Shown here: one piece after another, positions 41,042-49,861 of the stretch
Layout of the letters: the number at the start of each line of letters is the position of its first letter
Numbering within the stretch: the first letter of the stretch is position 1
Assembly: GCA_019358915.1 (NCBI GenBank)
Contig: JAHHIM010000031.1
Span: 1 to 52,877, forward strand
DNA: 52,877 nucleotides
Reading direction: 5' to 3'
DNA from: Trichormus sp. ATA11-4-KO1
GTDB lineage: Bacteria > Cyanobacteriota > Cyanobacteriia > Cyanobacteriales > Nostocaceae
Translations under genes and position numbers: made by a program
Notes under the pieces: model-generated
What the model saw: the letters and a program-made list of their open reading frames with translations, nothing else
What the model was told of the DNA's origin: nothing
Databases searched by the model: none

Positions 41042-42286
41042 GTGGAAAAACGAACCACGAAGACGCAAAGAACGCGAAGAGAGGAGGCGAAGGTGGCATA
41101 CCTTCGTTCTCCAATTGCTATTCGGGAACGTTGTCACCAGGTGTTTGCGTTGGTATGTGAGGGGAAATCGCATCATTTTGCTGTCGATTTGAGGCAGTTG
41201 GGACGGGTAGCAGATTATGTGATTTCGGTGATGCGCTGTGAGTACCCGAATCTGCAAGTTCCGTTTCACAGTCGTTGGCGGCATTTTGAGGTGGGGGGTG
41301 TGCCGCGTTTAGCTTGGTTGGATACTCAATTGGCAGGACTCACTTCTCTGGAAAAGGCTGCGGCTAAGTTTGATTTGGCAGTTGTTAGTGTGTTGTTGGA
41401 TGCTGGGGCTGGGCATGTTTGGCGTTATGATGAGCAGTCAACTAATTTGACTTGGGGACGTTCCGAAGGTTTGGCTGTCGCTAGTTTGCACATGTTTTCT
41501 CAAGGAAGTTTTTCTCGTGATGCTTTGCCACAAGTCGATGCCCAAAGATTGCAAGCTTTCACAGAAACAGAACTGGTGACTGGGTTTCAGGTAAATGCAG
41601 AAAATCCACTGGTGGGGATTTCCGGGCGATGGCGTTTATTACAAAAGTTGGGTCAAGTTTTAGTTTCTTCACCTCTTCTATTTGGAGATGAAAATCCCCG
41701 TCCAGGGAATTTGGTAAATTATTTGTTGAGCAAATCTGAAAATGGGCAGTTGGCTGCTGCAACGGTGTTAAATACTGTTTTGGCAGGATTAGGTGATATT
41801 TGGCCGGGAAGATTAGAAGTGGCTGGGGTGAATCTCGGTGATGTTTGGCAACATTCGGGGGTTGCAGATGATGGTTTAGTACCATTTCACAAACTATCTC
41901 AGTGGCTGACGTATTCTCTATTGGAACCATTACAAGAACTGGGTTTGGTCATCACTGGTCTAGATGCCCTTGCTGGATTACCAGAATATCGCAATGGCGG
42001 GCTATGTCTTGACATGGGGTTAATTAGTGCCAAAAACCCGGAGATTTTTCACTCATCGCATTCAGTAGACTCGGAAGTTATAGTTGAGTGGCGTGCCTTA
42101 ACTGTAATTCTCTTAGACCACATTGCTGCCAAAGTGCGCGAAAAGTTGGATATGACTTCTGAAGAATTACCACTTGTGAAAATCCTGCAAGGAGGAACCT
42201 GGACAGCAGGACGCAAAATTGCTGCTGAACTGAGAACGGGTGGTAAACCTCCTATACAAATTGACAGTGATGGTACTGTATTTTGA
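41042..42286 (+). CDS. URC4/Urg3 family protein (DUF1688)
   Basis: PFHSRWRHF, SVLLDAGAG, RSEGLA, PFHKLSQWLTYS, GLPEYRNGG, SDGTVF; GTG start after AGGAG. Confidence 0.88.
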   Translation: MEKRTTKTQRTRREEAKVAYLRSPIAIRERCHQVFALVCEGKSHHFAVDLRQLGRVADYVISVMRCEYPNLQVPFHSRWRHFEVGGVPRLAWLDTQLAGLTSLEKAAAKFDLAVVSVLLDAGAGHVWRYDEQSTNLTWGRSEGLAVASLHMFSQGSFSRDALPQVDAQRLQAFTETELVTGFQVNAENPLVGISGRWRLLQKLGQVLVSSPLLFGDENPRPGNLVNYLLSKSENGQLAAATVLNTVLAGLGDIWPGRLEVAGVNLGDVWQHSGVADDGLVPFHKLSQWLTYSLLEPLQELGLVITGLDALAGLPEYRNGGLCLDMGLISAKNPEIFHSSHSVDSEVIVEWRALTVILLDHIAAKVREKLDMTSEELPLVKILQGGTWTAGRKIAAELRTGGKPPIQIDSDGTVF

Positions 42287-42307
42287 TTAATAATTAATGA
42301 CTAAAAT

Positions 42308-42943
42308 ATGGAAAATCAAGTAACAGTTATTGAGCATCCCTTAATTCAGCACAAACTAACGCTGATGCGTAAAGCTGAAACCAGTACGACAAAATTTCGT
42401 AACCTTTTAAAAGAAGTTAGCTTATTGTTGGCGTATGAAGTAACGCGAGATTTACCACTAAAACATGAACAGATTAAAACACCATTAGCTCCTATGAATG
42501 CGCCGATACTCGCACCTGATAAAAAGCTAGTGTTAGTTTCGATTATGCGGGCGGGACAGGGTATTTTAGATGGAATGCTGGAATTGATGCCATCGGCACG
42601 AGTGGGACATATTGGTTTATATCGTGATCCGAAAACTTTGATTCCTGTTGAGTACTATTTTAAGGTTCCCCATGATGTTGACCAGCGAGATATGATTGTT
42701 GTCGATCCTATGCTGGCAACTGGCAATTCAGCGATCGCAGCTATAGAACGACTAAAATCAACTAATCCTTTATCAGTGAAGTTTGTTTGTTTACTTGCCG
42801 CACCAGAAGGTATTCAGCATTTCTGTACTGTACATCCTGATGTGCCTATATATACGGCAGCTATTGATGATTATCTAGATGAACATGGCTATATTATTCC
42901 CGGATTGGGAGATGCAGGCGATCGCTTGTTTGGTACAAAATAA
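42308..42943 (+). CDS. upp: Uracil phosphoribosyltransferase
   Basis: [33 protein letters not shown]. Confidence 0.96.
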   Translation: MENQVTVIEHPLIQHKLTLMRKAETSTTKFRNLLKEVSLLLAYEVTRDLPLKHEQIKTPLAPMNAPILAPDKKLVLVSIMRAGQGILDGMLELMPSARVGHIGLYRDPKTLIPVEYYFKVPHDVDQRDMIVVDPMLATGNSAIAAIERLKSTNPLSVKFVCLLAAPEGIQHFCTVHPDVPIYTAAIDDYLDEHGYIIPGLGDAGDRLFGTK

Positions 42944-43008
42944 GTTCCCTAATTTATTACTAGTATGCAATATGTCTATTGAAGGAGAAATAACTAAGTT
43001 GTTTTATC

Positions 43009-43117
43009 TAAGTAGGTAGGCACAAATAAAATCACTATGTAAAGAAAAATGAATCAGCTTAAAACCCTCTTCCCTTCTGCCTTATCCTAGCGATAAATTT
43101 TCCCACCCACCTACTTA
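43009..43117. mobile_element. MITE-like element with TAAGTAGG ends
   Basis: TAAGTAGGTAGG ... CCCACCTACTTA; a related solo end lies near 43144. Confidence 0.55.
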
Positions 43118-43226
43118 TCATTTTTATATGCCTAAATTAAACATAAGTAACTAGGCGTAAATAAATTAAACTCTGTAGCCTATAATTACTACATTCAAGA
43201 AATAATTTCCCAATTATTACTAACTC

Positions 43227-43616
43227 ATGAAGCCCCCAACTATTGGACAAATTGAAAGAGAACTTTCCCAACGTATCAGTACTTTATATACTGAAAAATT
43301 GGGGCAGCGTCCTAGCCAAATAGTTTGTCATTTTTTTGATAGAGAGTTAGCCGTTTCTCTGGAAAATACTGTTACTCAATCTGAGCGCACTTTAATGTAT
43401 GAAGGTTATGCAAATTTAGCAGAACAAGTGCGAATATCTTTAGATAAAATAATTAAACCAAAACTCCAAAGTTTAATTGAAGAAGTTATTGGTAAAACTG
43501 TGCTTGATTTGATGACTAACACAAATTTAGCAACAGGTCGTACTGGCATAATTATTGTTTTAGACCAGTTACCTGAGGTTCGCAATCCTGAATCTATTCC
43601 CAAGGCAAGTTTGTAG
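43227..43616 (+). CDS. DUF2294 (MpsC-like) protein
   Basis: LY...LGQRP, LEN.VT.SE, TGRTGIIIVL. Confidence 0.8.
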   Translation: MKPPTIGQIERELSQRISTLYTEKLGQRPSQIVCHFFDRELAVSLENTVTQSERTLMYEGYANLAEQVRISLDKIIKPKLQSLIEEVIGKTVLDLMTNTNLATGRTGIIIVLDQLPEVRNPESIPKASL

Positions 43617-43995
43617 TATTTAACTGACTGAGATAACGACCAATAACAGTTTCTAATCTCCTAAAATTATAAGGTTTGGTAATATGATCATCAGCACCTG
43701 TTAAAAAAAGACGATTATATTTTTGTACCAAATTAAAAGGTATTATCGCAATAATTGGAATTGTTGCGGTTTTTTGGTTTTGTTTTAAGTAATCTATTAT
43801 TTGGCTGCCGCTTAAATCAGATAACATCATATCTAAAAGGATTAAATCAGGCTTATGCGTTTGTGCTAGTATCACAGCTCTTACTCCTTGCATGGCACAA
43901 ATACATGAGTAATTTAATGTTTTTAGATGAGCATCCAGCAGTTCTAAATTATGAAAATTTTGTTCTACAACTAAAATTAACGGCTTTCCGTCCAT
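43594..43995 (-). CDS. Single-domain response regulator (DivK/CheY-like, atypical acidic pocket)
   Basis: LILVVEQN, PDLILLDMML, IPIIA, GADDHITKP. Confidence 0.78.
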   Translation of the reverse strand: MDGKPLILVVEQNFHNLELLDAHLKTLNYSCICAMQGVRAVILAQTHKPDLILLDMMLSDLSGSQIIDYLKQNQKTATIPIIAIIPFNLVQKYNRLFLTGADDHITKPYNFRRLETVIGRYLSQLNTTNLPWE

Positions 43996-44461
43996 AAGCA
44001 AAAGTCACCCTTATCCAGGCTATACACCCAAACTCTCATGTCTGGTGAATGTACGAGGTTTCCTTCATGCGGCAGAGTGCGGCTTGAAATGGACTAGCTC
44101 GTATGCAATTGACTAGGTTGTATGTCTTAGCTGATATTGAGGGCAGACAGTAACAAGCTAGTAGTAACATCAAGCAAATAACATTATCATGAACATAAAT
44201 TTATATTTAGTCAAGTAATAGTCATAATTATGTTAAGTATTTTATCCCTTCGCCAATTTTCTCAGAGTTAATACTGACTGGCACAGAAGGACTCAATAAC
44301 CTACGATTATCCTTAACTGAACCGTTATGATATAAGCGATCGCGTCAAACGTATCTATGCAGTTTGTAAAAAAAAGTAAACGCACTTTGTCTCTACAGTC
44401 AAAGTGCGATAAGTAGGTGTATTTTCTTTGAGCAAGCAGAAATCTCAACTGCCTGAATTCT

Positions 44462-44971
44462 CTAAATATCCTTCTCGCTTAATTCACGAGTCATATAATC
44501 AAACGGTTCATCCACAAAGGCAGTATTGGCAACACCTGCTGCTGCTACTTGCTCCTTGACAAGATCCTTGAGAATCTGGATACCAAAAACAGTAGGGCCA
44601 ATGGGTACACTTAAAGAATTGTAAGTTTCTCTTAGCCCTTGTAGTACTCGCTCATCCAACACATTCATGTTGCCAGCAACCAACGCATAGGTAGCATAGC
44701 GCAGGTAGTAGTCCATATCCCGTAGACAAGCAGCATAACGACGAGTTGTGTAGGCATTGCCGCCAGGACGAATCAACTCTGGCTGTTCTTCAAATAATTT
44801 AGACCCTGCCTGCTTCACAAGTGCAGCTGCATTCGCGTTGATTGCTGCCGCCGCTTGTACTCGTGCTGTACCACTTTCAAAATAAGATTTAAGGCTGTCG
44901 ATCGCATTCCGGTCAAAATATCGTCCGGCAACGTCATAATTCTTAATTAAGCTTGTAACTGCATCGCGCAT
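44462..44971 (-). CDS. apcF: Allophycocyanin beta-18 subunit
   Basis: MRDAVT, PGGNAYTTRRYAACLRDMDYYLRYA; 169 aa; divergent from glnA. Confidence 0.95.
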   Translation of the reverse strand: MRDAVTSLIKNYDVAGRYFDRNAIDSLKSYFESGTARVQAAAAINANAAALVKQAGSKLFEEQPELIRPGGNAYTTRRYAACLRDMDYYLRYATYALVAGNMNVLDERVLQGLRETYNSLSVPIGPTVFGIQILKDLVKEQVAAAGVANTAFVDEPFDYMTRELSEKDI

Positions 44972-45189
44972 TCCTTCTTCTCCCAATCGTTACTATCTAT
45001 GGTTTGATATTAATTTGGTTGCAATTATGCACCAGTAAAGTTTTGTGCCATTTAAAATAGATGCGGCACAAAAATAATCCATCCGCTATTTAAGGATTCT
45101 ATGCCAAAGTTGACCCCTATGCGATGAACTTTCCAGTTTTGTGCAGATGTTTGGCCAAAGGTTAATATAACCTGTAATCCAGATAAGCT

Positions 45190-45232
45190 GTAACAAAAAC
45201 TACAAAATTCTTTAATGTCTAGGATTTATGAT
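45190..45232 (+). promoter_or_regulatory. NtcA-activated glnA promoter
   Basis: GTA-ACAAAAAC-TAC, then TATGAT 23 nt downstream. Confidence 0.85.
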
Positions 45233-45333
45233 ATTTCAGGTGTGTCATCAACAACTTGGTTCAGATCATCTGGGTTAGGATGCTTTGGAAGATTCTGGTT
45301 TTACTTTAGGAAATTGGTAGAGAAGGAGTAACA

Positions 45334-46749
45334 ATGACAACCCCACAAGAAGTCTTGAAGATGATTCAAGACCAAAAAATTCAGATGATTGATCTGAAAT
45401 TCATCGATACACCAGGAACGTGGCAGCATCTAACGGTGTACCATAACCAAATCGATGAAAGTTCCTTCTCTGATGGTGTGCCTTTCGACGGTTCCAGCAT
45501 TCGGGGTTGGAAAAGCATCAACGAATCGGACATGATGATGGTACTCGATCCCAATACTGCTTGGATCGACCCCTTCATGAAAGAGCCAACGTTAAGTATA
45601 GTTTGTAGTATAAGAGAACCACGCACGGCTGAATGGTACAATCGTTGCCCGCGTGTTATTGCCCAAAAAGCAATAGACTACCTAGTTTCTACTGGCATTG
45701 GTGATACAGCTTTCTTTGGCCCTGAAGCTGAATTCTTTATCTTTGATGATGTCCGTTTTGACCAGAATGCTCACGAAGGTTACTACCACGTAGATTCGGT
45801 AGAAGGTCGTTGGAATTCTGGTAGAAAAGAAAGTCCCAACTTGGGTTATAAACCACGCTTCAAAGAAGGTTATTTCCCCGTATCGCCAACGGATAGCTTC
45901 CAAGATATCCGTACAGAAATGCTGCTAACAATGGCATCTTGTGGCGTACCCATTGAAAAACAACACCACGAGGTTGCTACTGGCGGTCAGTGCGAACTGG
46001 GTTTCCGCTTTGGTAAGTTGATTGAAGCTGCTGACTGGCTGATGACTTACAAGTATGTCATCAAGAACGTTGCTAAGAAATATGGTAAAACTGTCACCTT
46101 CATGCCAAAACCTATTTTTGGCGACAACGGTTCCGGGATGCACTGTCACCAGTCCATCTGGAAAGATGGTCAACCTCTATTTGCAGGTGATAAGTATGCT
46201 GGTTTGAGTGAAATGGGATTGTACTACATTGGTGGTATCCTAAAGCACGCACCAGCTCTGTTGGCCATCACCAACCCTACAACTAACTCCTACAAACGCT
46301 TAGTACCTGGTTACGAAGCACCAGTGAACTTGGCTTATTCTCAAGGTAACCGTTCTGCTTCCGTGCGGATTCCCCTATCTGGCGATAACCCCAAAGCCAA
46401 GCGCTTGGAGTTCCGTTGTCCAGATGCTACTTCTAACCCTTACTTGGCATTTGCTGCCATGCTTTGTGCGGGTATCGATGGCATCAAGAACAAAATCCAT
46501 CCTGGTGAACCCTTAGATAAAAATATTTATGAACTTTCTCCAGAAGAACTGGCAAAAGTTCCTTCAACTCCGGGTTCTCTGGAATTGGCATTGGAAGCAT
46601 TAGAAAATGATCATGCTTTCTTAACAGAAACAGGCGTTTTCTCAGAAGATTTCATCGAAAACTGGATTGACTACAAGCTGGCTAACGAAGTTAAGCAGTT
46701 GCAGTTACGTCCTCATCCTTATGAATTTTATCTCTATTACGATTGCTAA
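45334..46749 (+). CDS. glnA: Glutamine synthetase type I
   Basis: [45 protein letters not shown]. Confidence 0.98.
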   Translation: MTTPQEVLKMIQDQKIQMIDLKFIDTPGTWQHLTVYHNQIDESSFSDGVPFDGSSIRGWKSINESDMMMVLDPNTAWIDPFMKEPTLSIVCSIREPRTAEWYNRCPRVIAQKAIDYLVSTGIGDTAFFGPEAEFFIFDDVRFDQNAHEGYYHVDSVEGRWNSGRKESPNLGYKPRFKEGYFPVSPTDSFQDIRTEMLLTMASCGVPIEKQHHEVATGGQCELGFRFGKLIEAADWLMTYKYVIKNVAKKYGKTVTFMPKPIFGDNGSGMHCHQSIWKDGQPLFAGDKYAGLSEMGLYYIGGILKHAPALLAITNPTTNSYKRLVPGYEAPVNLAYSQGNRSASVRIPLSGDNPKAKRLEFRCPDATSNPYLAFAAMLCAGIDGIKNKIHPGEPLDKNIYELSPEELAKVPSTPGSLELALEALENDHAFLTETGVFSEDFIENWIDYKLANEVKQLQLRPHPYEFYLYYDC

Positions 46750-46772
46750 TTGCCAAAATTAGTGAATTTATT

Positions 46773-46800
46773 GCCACCCTAAGTAGGGTGGCTTTTTTTT
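46773..46800 (+). terminator. Rho-independent terminator of glnA
   Basis: GCCACCCTA-AG-TAGGGTGGC followed by T8. Confidence 0.9.
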
Positions 46801-46910
46801 CACCTTTTGTTGCACTGTAAGAACCTAGGTTAACTGCAATTTTGCAACCAACAAGCTAGATTGTCCGTCTAGACATTGGTTTGAGCAGATTTCTGGGGAA
46901 GGCGCAAAAC

Positions 46911-47111
46911 CTAGCTCATAGCAACGTGGCTGCTTTCATAAATCAACCGAGTTGTCGGATCAATCTTCCCCTGAATAGGATTCCAATATTCAGATATTTC
47001 TTCAGGAAGACCGAGTTCTTGTGCTGCCCGCATCAGCATTGATTGTTGCCGATTCTTGACTTGCTTATATTGCAGCATTGTTAGCGCACGAGATCTATCT
47101 TGAATAGACAT
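46911..47111 (-). CDS. gifA: Glutamine synthetase inactivating factor IF7
   Basis: MSIQDRSRAL...KNRQQSMLMRAAQELG; convergent with glnA; AGGAGG RBS. Confidence 0.9.
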   Translation of the reverse strand: MSIQDRSRALTMLQYKQVKNRQQSMLMRAAQELGLPEEISEYWNPIQGKIDPTTRLIYESSHVAMS

Positions 47112-47190
47112 AGCCACAGTCCTCCTTATCGTTTTAGTTATATATGATTAGCTAGTTATCCCTTACTTTCTTACAGTAACACAGAATTCT

Positions 47191-47204
47191 GTAGCCAAAG
47201 TTAC
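47191..47204 (-). promoter_or_regulatory. NtcA site in repressing position at the gifA promoter
   Basis: GTA-GCCAAAGT-TAC, 12 nt upstream of a TACTGT -10 (47173-47178, - strand). Confidence 0.8.
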
Positions 47205-47437
47205 AAAATTGAGTCTTTGTTACAAAAATTTATATTTAAGGACTTGTAGTAACTATTTTCTGGTTGAAAGCCATGAAAAAATTTACCTTAGCCTGGGGTT
47301 AAGATAGGGTTAAACAATTATTGGCTCTACCATGCAGACGATTTATTGTCTATTGCAAAGATTTTTGAAATTGATATTCTGATTCAGACTGGTCTAATTT
47401 TGGGAAATACAACTTTCCGCAGATAGATGGTATTTTT

Positions 47438-47455
47438 GTTACAATATTTTACAAA
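47438..47455 (+). promoter_or_regulatory. HLR1 (RpaB-binding) motif
   Basis: GTTACAAT-AT-TTTACAAA. Confidence 0.6.
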
Positions 47456-47491
47456 TAATTACTAAAAGTCATAAATTCTTAAATTACTCTC

Positions 47492-48550
47492 ATGTCGGAC
47501 ACTTTAAGCAAGCTAACTTATCAGACCTTCCAACAAGGTAAAAATTACTTTGGTCTAGCTCACAAAACACTAAGTTCACAGTTAATGAACCTGATTCATC
47601 CAACTTTAGGGCAAAAGACCAAACCCATTCCTAACGAAGTTTTGCTCAAAATTCACCAAAGATTAAGTCTGTTACTAGAAACAGACTGGCAGGATGCTGA
47701 AAAAGGACTATATCCCACAAGCTTACTGTTTGATAATCCCTGGTCAGATTTTTTCCGCTACTATCCACTGGTATGCCTAGACATACCTCAAATCTGGGAG
47801 CGAGCTGAACAAAAGAAGTATCAAGAATTTTCGCCGGAAATAGAGACAGATGGTTATCCCAGCTACTATGTGCAAAACTTCCATCACCAAAGTAATGGCT
47901 ATTTGAGCGACGAGTCAGCTAATTTATATGATTTACAGGTAGAAATTCTTTTTAGTGGGACAGCTGACCCGATGCGGCGGCGGATTCTTGCACCTCTGAA
48001 GCAAGGACTGAAAGCTTTTGAATCTGTCCCACCAAAGCAAATTCGGGTTTTAGATGTAGCTTGTGGTACTGGACGGACACTGAGGATGCTTCGAGCAACT
48101 TTACCTCAAGCATCCCTATATGGTACGGATTTGTCGCCAGCTTATTTGCGTAAGGCAAATCAACAACTATCCCAAATTAAGGGAGAGTTACCGCAACTGG
48201 TACAAGCAAATGCCGAAGAATTACCTTACTTAAACGACTATTTTCATGCTGTAACTTCTGTGTTCCTGTTCCATGAGTTACCAGCAAAAGTGCGTCAAAC
48301 GGTCATAGAACAATGCTTCCGAGTAACAAAACCCGGAGGAGTCTTTGTGATTTGTGATTCAATTCAATTGCATGATTCACCTGAATTAGCTGTGACAATG
48401 GAATCTTTCCCAGAAATTTTTCATGAACCCTACTATCGGGATTACACCCATGATGACTTGGTAGAACGGCTAGAGAAAGCGGGTTTTATCAATATTGAGG
48501 TGCAAGTTCACTTTATGAGTAAGTATTTCATTGCTCATAAGCCGGCTTAA
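47492..48550 (+). CDS. Class I SAM-dependent methyltransferase
   Basis: VLDVACGTG, DLSPAYL, FLFHELP, KPGG. Confidence 0.9.
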   Translation: MSDTLSKLTYQTFQQGKNYFGLAHKTLSSQLMNLIHPTLGQKTKPIPNEVLLKIHQRLSLLLETDWQDAEKGLYPTSLLFDNPWSDFFRYYPLVCLDIPQIWERAEQKKYQEFSPEIETDGYPSYYVQNFHHQSNGYLSDESANLYDLQVEILFSGTADPMRRRILAPLKQGLKAFESVPPKQIRVLDVACGTGRTLRMLRATLPQASLYGTDLSPAYLRKANQQLSQIKGELPQLVQANAEELPYLNDYFHAVTSVFLFHELPAKVRQTVIEQCFRVTKPGGVFVICDSIQLHDSPELAVTMESFPEIFHEPYYRDYTHDDLVERLEKAGFINIEVQVHFMSKYFIAHKPA

Positions 48551-48722
48551 AATTAGATGTCCTATATTTAACTTGTATATGCGGGTGGGTGTTCTTGCCC
48601 ACACCACAATAAATCAAATGAAATGTCAGAATTTGTTGGCAATTGTGGTTAACTTGAACATCAAGTATCATGCAAGCTGTTTACCCTATTAGTAGAGTTG
48701 CTTGCACGCGGGGAATGAAAAA

Positions 48723-49001
48723 ATGAAAGTTTGGCTTGCCTGTTTTTTATTATTGTTTGCCTTGGCAGAATTGTTTGACTGGTTAAAAGCATTCAGTCTG
48801 CCTTTGCCTATATATATTTTGGGTGGCGCATTTTTAGCTGTGGCTTCTAACTATGACAAGATTATTGGCTCTTATTTGAGTGATAGAACTATTGAAGCCT
48901 CGCTCGAACACCCGCAGTTAAATTCACCCACCCAGTCCCTTGACGCTATTGCTTTTGCTAGTCCTGTGGAAAATGTTCAACAATCGGAAACACAGCCTTA
49001 G
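48723..49001 (+). CDS. Small hypothetical membrane protein
   Basis: Two hydrophobic segments, LPLPIYILGGAFLAVASN. Confidence 0.7.
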   Translation: MKVWLACFLLLFALAELFDWLKAFSLPLPIYILGGAFLAVASNYDKIIGSYLSDRTIEASLEHPQLNSPTQSLDAIAFASPVENVQQSETQP

Positions 49002-49052
49002 TGGGGAACAGGGGATGCTTAACGAAAGTGAGAATTTTTAGATGATCAAACC

Positions 49053-49068
49053 ACAAGCGATCGCCTGA
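49053..49068. repeat. HIP1-centred direct repeat, left copy (right copy at 49842-49857)
   Basis: ACAAGCGATCGCCTGA identical on both sides of the TA pair. Confidence 0.8.
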
Positions 49069-49082
49069 ATTCGTTACAACCA

Positions 49083-49472
49083 TCACTCTAATAAATCAAA
49101 TCCCTTTTCGCTTCTCAATTTTCTGTCAAAAGTTGCTGTTGTACTACAACCAGAATGCTGAGAAATTGCACCAATTAAATAATCAGAAAAATCTGCACTA
49201 CCTTGTTTAAATCGCTGTAATGCTTGATAAATTATAGAGCGGTTTTCTAAATCAAATACTGAACATTGCAGCATTAATTCTATAGTGTTGCTAATTTGTT
49301 CCCTAGTAAATTGATAAGGTTTTCCTCTTAGTACCCAAACTAATTCACAGAGAACTATATTAGCAACAAAACATTGCTCTCCTCCTTCGATAATTTCAGC
49401 AGCTTGCTGCCACTGCTTTTCATCATCTTTTGTTAAGTAGCGTACTAAGATGTTGGTATCAACTCCAATCAC
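49083..49472 (-). CDS. vapC: VapC-family PIN toxin
   Basis: DTNILVR, ELVWVL, ADFSD, TFD. Confidence 0.9.
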   Translation of the reverse strand: MIGVDTNILVRYLTKDDEKQWQQAAEIIEGGEQCFVANIVLCELVWVLRGKPYQFTREQISNTIELMLQCSVFDLENRSIIYQALQRFKQGSADFSDYLIGAISQHSGCSTTATFDRKLRSEKGFDLLE

Positions 49473-49704
49473 TTGCGCCTTCTCTAATTGCTGTTTCCAT
49501 TTCTTCTAAAGTTACGCTTTTCATGCCAGGGCGATGTAAAATGCCAGATAAGCTGTGAATAGGAACAGTTAAGGGAATCAGTTTCACTGTTCCATTTTCA
49601 TCAATGACGAAATCAACTTTACTACCTGTATCAAGGTGAAGATAATCTCTAATTTCTTTAGGAATAGTTACTTGTCCTTTGGGGGTGATGGTTACACTAG
49701 CCAT
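49459..49704 (-). CDS. vapB: AbrB/MazE-type antitoxin
   Basis: TITPKGQVTIPKEIR..L.L..G; overlaps the toxin start. Confidence 0.88.
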   Translation of the reverse strand: MASVTITPKGQVTIPKEIRDYLHLDTGSKVDFVIDENGTVKLIPLTVPIHSLSGILHRPGMKSVTLEEMETAIREGASDWS

Positions 49705-49861
49705 TACTCAATTTCCTTACATTAATTCCTAACTTGATTGTAATTTGTATTTGCTAATTTAGAGATAGCATTGCCGGAGGTAATAATTTTCTATTGTGAT
49801 GAAGAATTGAGTACAATCACAGCTTTTGTGATTGTCAACCTACAAGCGATCGCCTGACCAA

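Noticed and set aside
44002..44200. Possible 6S RNA or riboswitch
   Set aside because: No recognisable consensus; kept only as a weak leader candidate.
45381..46173. Short minus-strand ORFs inside glnA, and similar ones inside the ATPase, yvcK, URC and transporter genes
   Set aside because: Antisense or alternate-frame artefacts of well-supported genes.
47112..47190. Glutamine riboswitch upstream of gifA
   Set aside because: The leader is short and AT-rich with no recognisable glnA-motif aptamer.
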